This document shows, piece after piece, positions 63,021-64,000 of a stretch of 64,000 bases of DNA. This DNA is from Shigella phage JK42. The stretch lies in the sequence record MK962756. One strand, 5' to 3'. The position numbers and the translations under genes were made by a program. Each line of letters opens with the position of its first letter. The first letter of the stretch is position 1. The notes beneath the pieces were generated by a model. The model saw only the letters and a list, made by a program, of their open reading frames with translations, did not search any database and was not told the DNA's origin.

Positions 63021-63382
63021 TATAGACTCTCAGTAAAGGTACGAGCGATAACGTCGCGCTGCTGTTCTGGAGTCAGAGAGTTAAAGCGAACTGCATAACC
63101 GGATACACGGATGGTCAGCTGCGGATATTTTTCTGGATGCTTAACTGCATCTTCTAGAGTTTCACGACGCAGAACGTTAACGTTCAGATGTTGACCACCT
63201 TCAATTTTAACTTTAGGGTGATGTTCAATTTCAATTTCACGGGCATGCAAACCGTAGAAAATTTCCGGGTCTACAATAGCGTCTTCTTTAAAAGTCTTAG
63301 AGACAATAATCCGGGCTTGAGTACCGTCTTCAAAATAAATAGTGCCTTTGTGTGTGCCTTCAAGAATTTGATATGCTTTCAT
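63020..63382 (-). CDS. autonomous glycyl-radical cofactor (GrcA/YfiD-like)
   Basis: 120 aa; C-terminal ...[16 protein letters not shown]... is the glycyl-radical signature (RVSGY). Confidence 0.7.
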   Translation of the reverse strand: MKAYQILEGTHKGTIYFEDGTQARIIVSKTFKEDAIVDPEIFYGLHAREIEIEHHPKVKIEGGQHLNVNVLRRETLEDAVKHPEKYPQLTIRVSGYAVRFNSLTPEQQRDVIARTFTESL

Positions 63383-63388
63383 ATAACC

Positions 63389-63687
63389 TCAATTAGAAAA
63401 TAAATTTATCCAAGTTTTTTCTTTAATCAAAAATGGGTCGGAATTAAACGCCATTAAACTTTGAGTGATTAATCCCTTAAATGGCCCATCAATAAATTCC
63501 ATTTTGAAATGTGGAATACTAGTCATCAGTCGTGCATTAGGAGCAGTACAAAGAACCTGCTGACCTGCGAACGGACCTTTAGTCAAACGATATCGTTTAG
63601 GTTTAAAATGGTAAATCTCATAATTTTCTACAAGAGCCCTTTTATTGCATACCGGGCTATTATAACAATATTCAAAAACTTCAATAG
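63389..63687 (-). CDS. hypothetical protein
   Basis: ORF-track 63389..63760 shortened to the ATG overlapping the upstream stop (ATGATGA). Confidence 0.4.
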
Positions 63688-64000
63688 TGGTCATCATTGC
63701 ATTCCAATCACAAAAAATTGAGGACGAGCAATACCGCCGTTGCAATATTTGCTTTTGCAACAGTGTTGGACTGTTTTAATATGTACATTGTAAATCTTAT
63801 CCATATCAGGAGCTTTAATAGGCTCGTCAATTATATACAGAATACGAGAAAGCGTTAATCCACGGAATTTAGAACCTTCATTGCCAATAAAACTACGAAC
63901 AGAATCAGTAAATAAACGGAATCGAATATCGTCGCTAGAATAACGAGAAAATTCTTTTTCAATGTTGCCAGCAGAAATTTTAGCATAAGCTGAAGTATTA
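63682..64000 (-). CDS. hypothetical protein, 5'-truncated by the window edge
   Basis: Open minus-strand frame from the window end to a TGA at 63682-63684; C-terminus ...HCCKSKYCNGGIARPQFFVIGMQ. Confidence 0.4.

Noticed and set aside
1-64000. tRNA or other structured RNA genes in intergenic spacers
   Set aside because: Intergenic gaps are short (mostly under 100 nt) and hold promoter or terminator hairpins only; no cloverleaf-sized structured region was apparent.

Overview
This window is a contiguous stretch of a T4-like (Tevenvirinae) myovirus genome, running from rIIA at the window start to the regB region at the window end. All calls are from reading the translated ORFs and the DNA by eye; no database search was run, and gene names rest on remembered T4/RB69 protein sequences and on conserved T4 gene order. 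Nearly every gene is on the minus strand, tightly packed, with frequent ATGA/TAATG start-stop overlaps and a recurring ATGAAAGGAAAnnnATG ribosome-binding context. Recognisable core genes are rIIA, topoisomerase II (39, fused with 60), dexA, dda, srd, modA/modB, soc, 56 (dCTPase), 61, sp, dmd, 41, 40, uvsX, 42, 43, regA, 62, 44, 45, rpbA, 46, 47, 55, nrdH-like, nrdG, nrdD, 49, nrdC, tk and regB. Intergenic spacers carry sigma70-type early promoters (GTTTACA-N17-TATAAT on the minus strand), a few TATAAATA late-promoter motifs and short GNRA/UUCG-loop hairpin terminators. The main departures from T4 are: (1) no alpha-gt between 47 and 55 and no beta-gt between uvsX and 42; instead a GT-B glycosyltransferase sits between rIIA.1 and gene 39, and a block of sugar-nucleotide enzymes sits beside gene 42 (KdsD-like arabinose-5-phosphate isomerase, HAD phosphatase, fused nucleotidyltransferase/anomeric-kinase, a Cys-rich protein, a P-loop kinase), consistent with a non-glucose (arabinose-type) modification of hmC DNA; (2) a 375-bp near-perfect direct repeat at the 3' end of gene 43 that shifts the frame and separates the clamp-binding C-terminal tail (KKASLFDMFDF, which I recall as the RB69 tail) from the polymerase body; (3) three copies of a near-identical 31-bp early promoter with an internal palindrome. 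No rRNA, tRNA or CRISPR array was seen. Many small ORFs are listed as hypothetical with low confidence.
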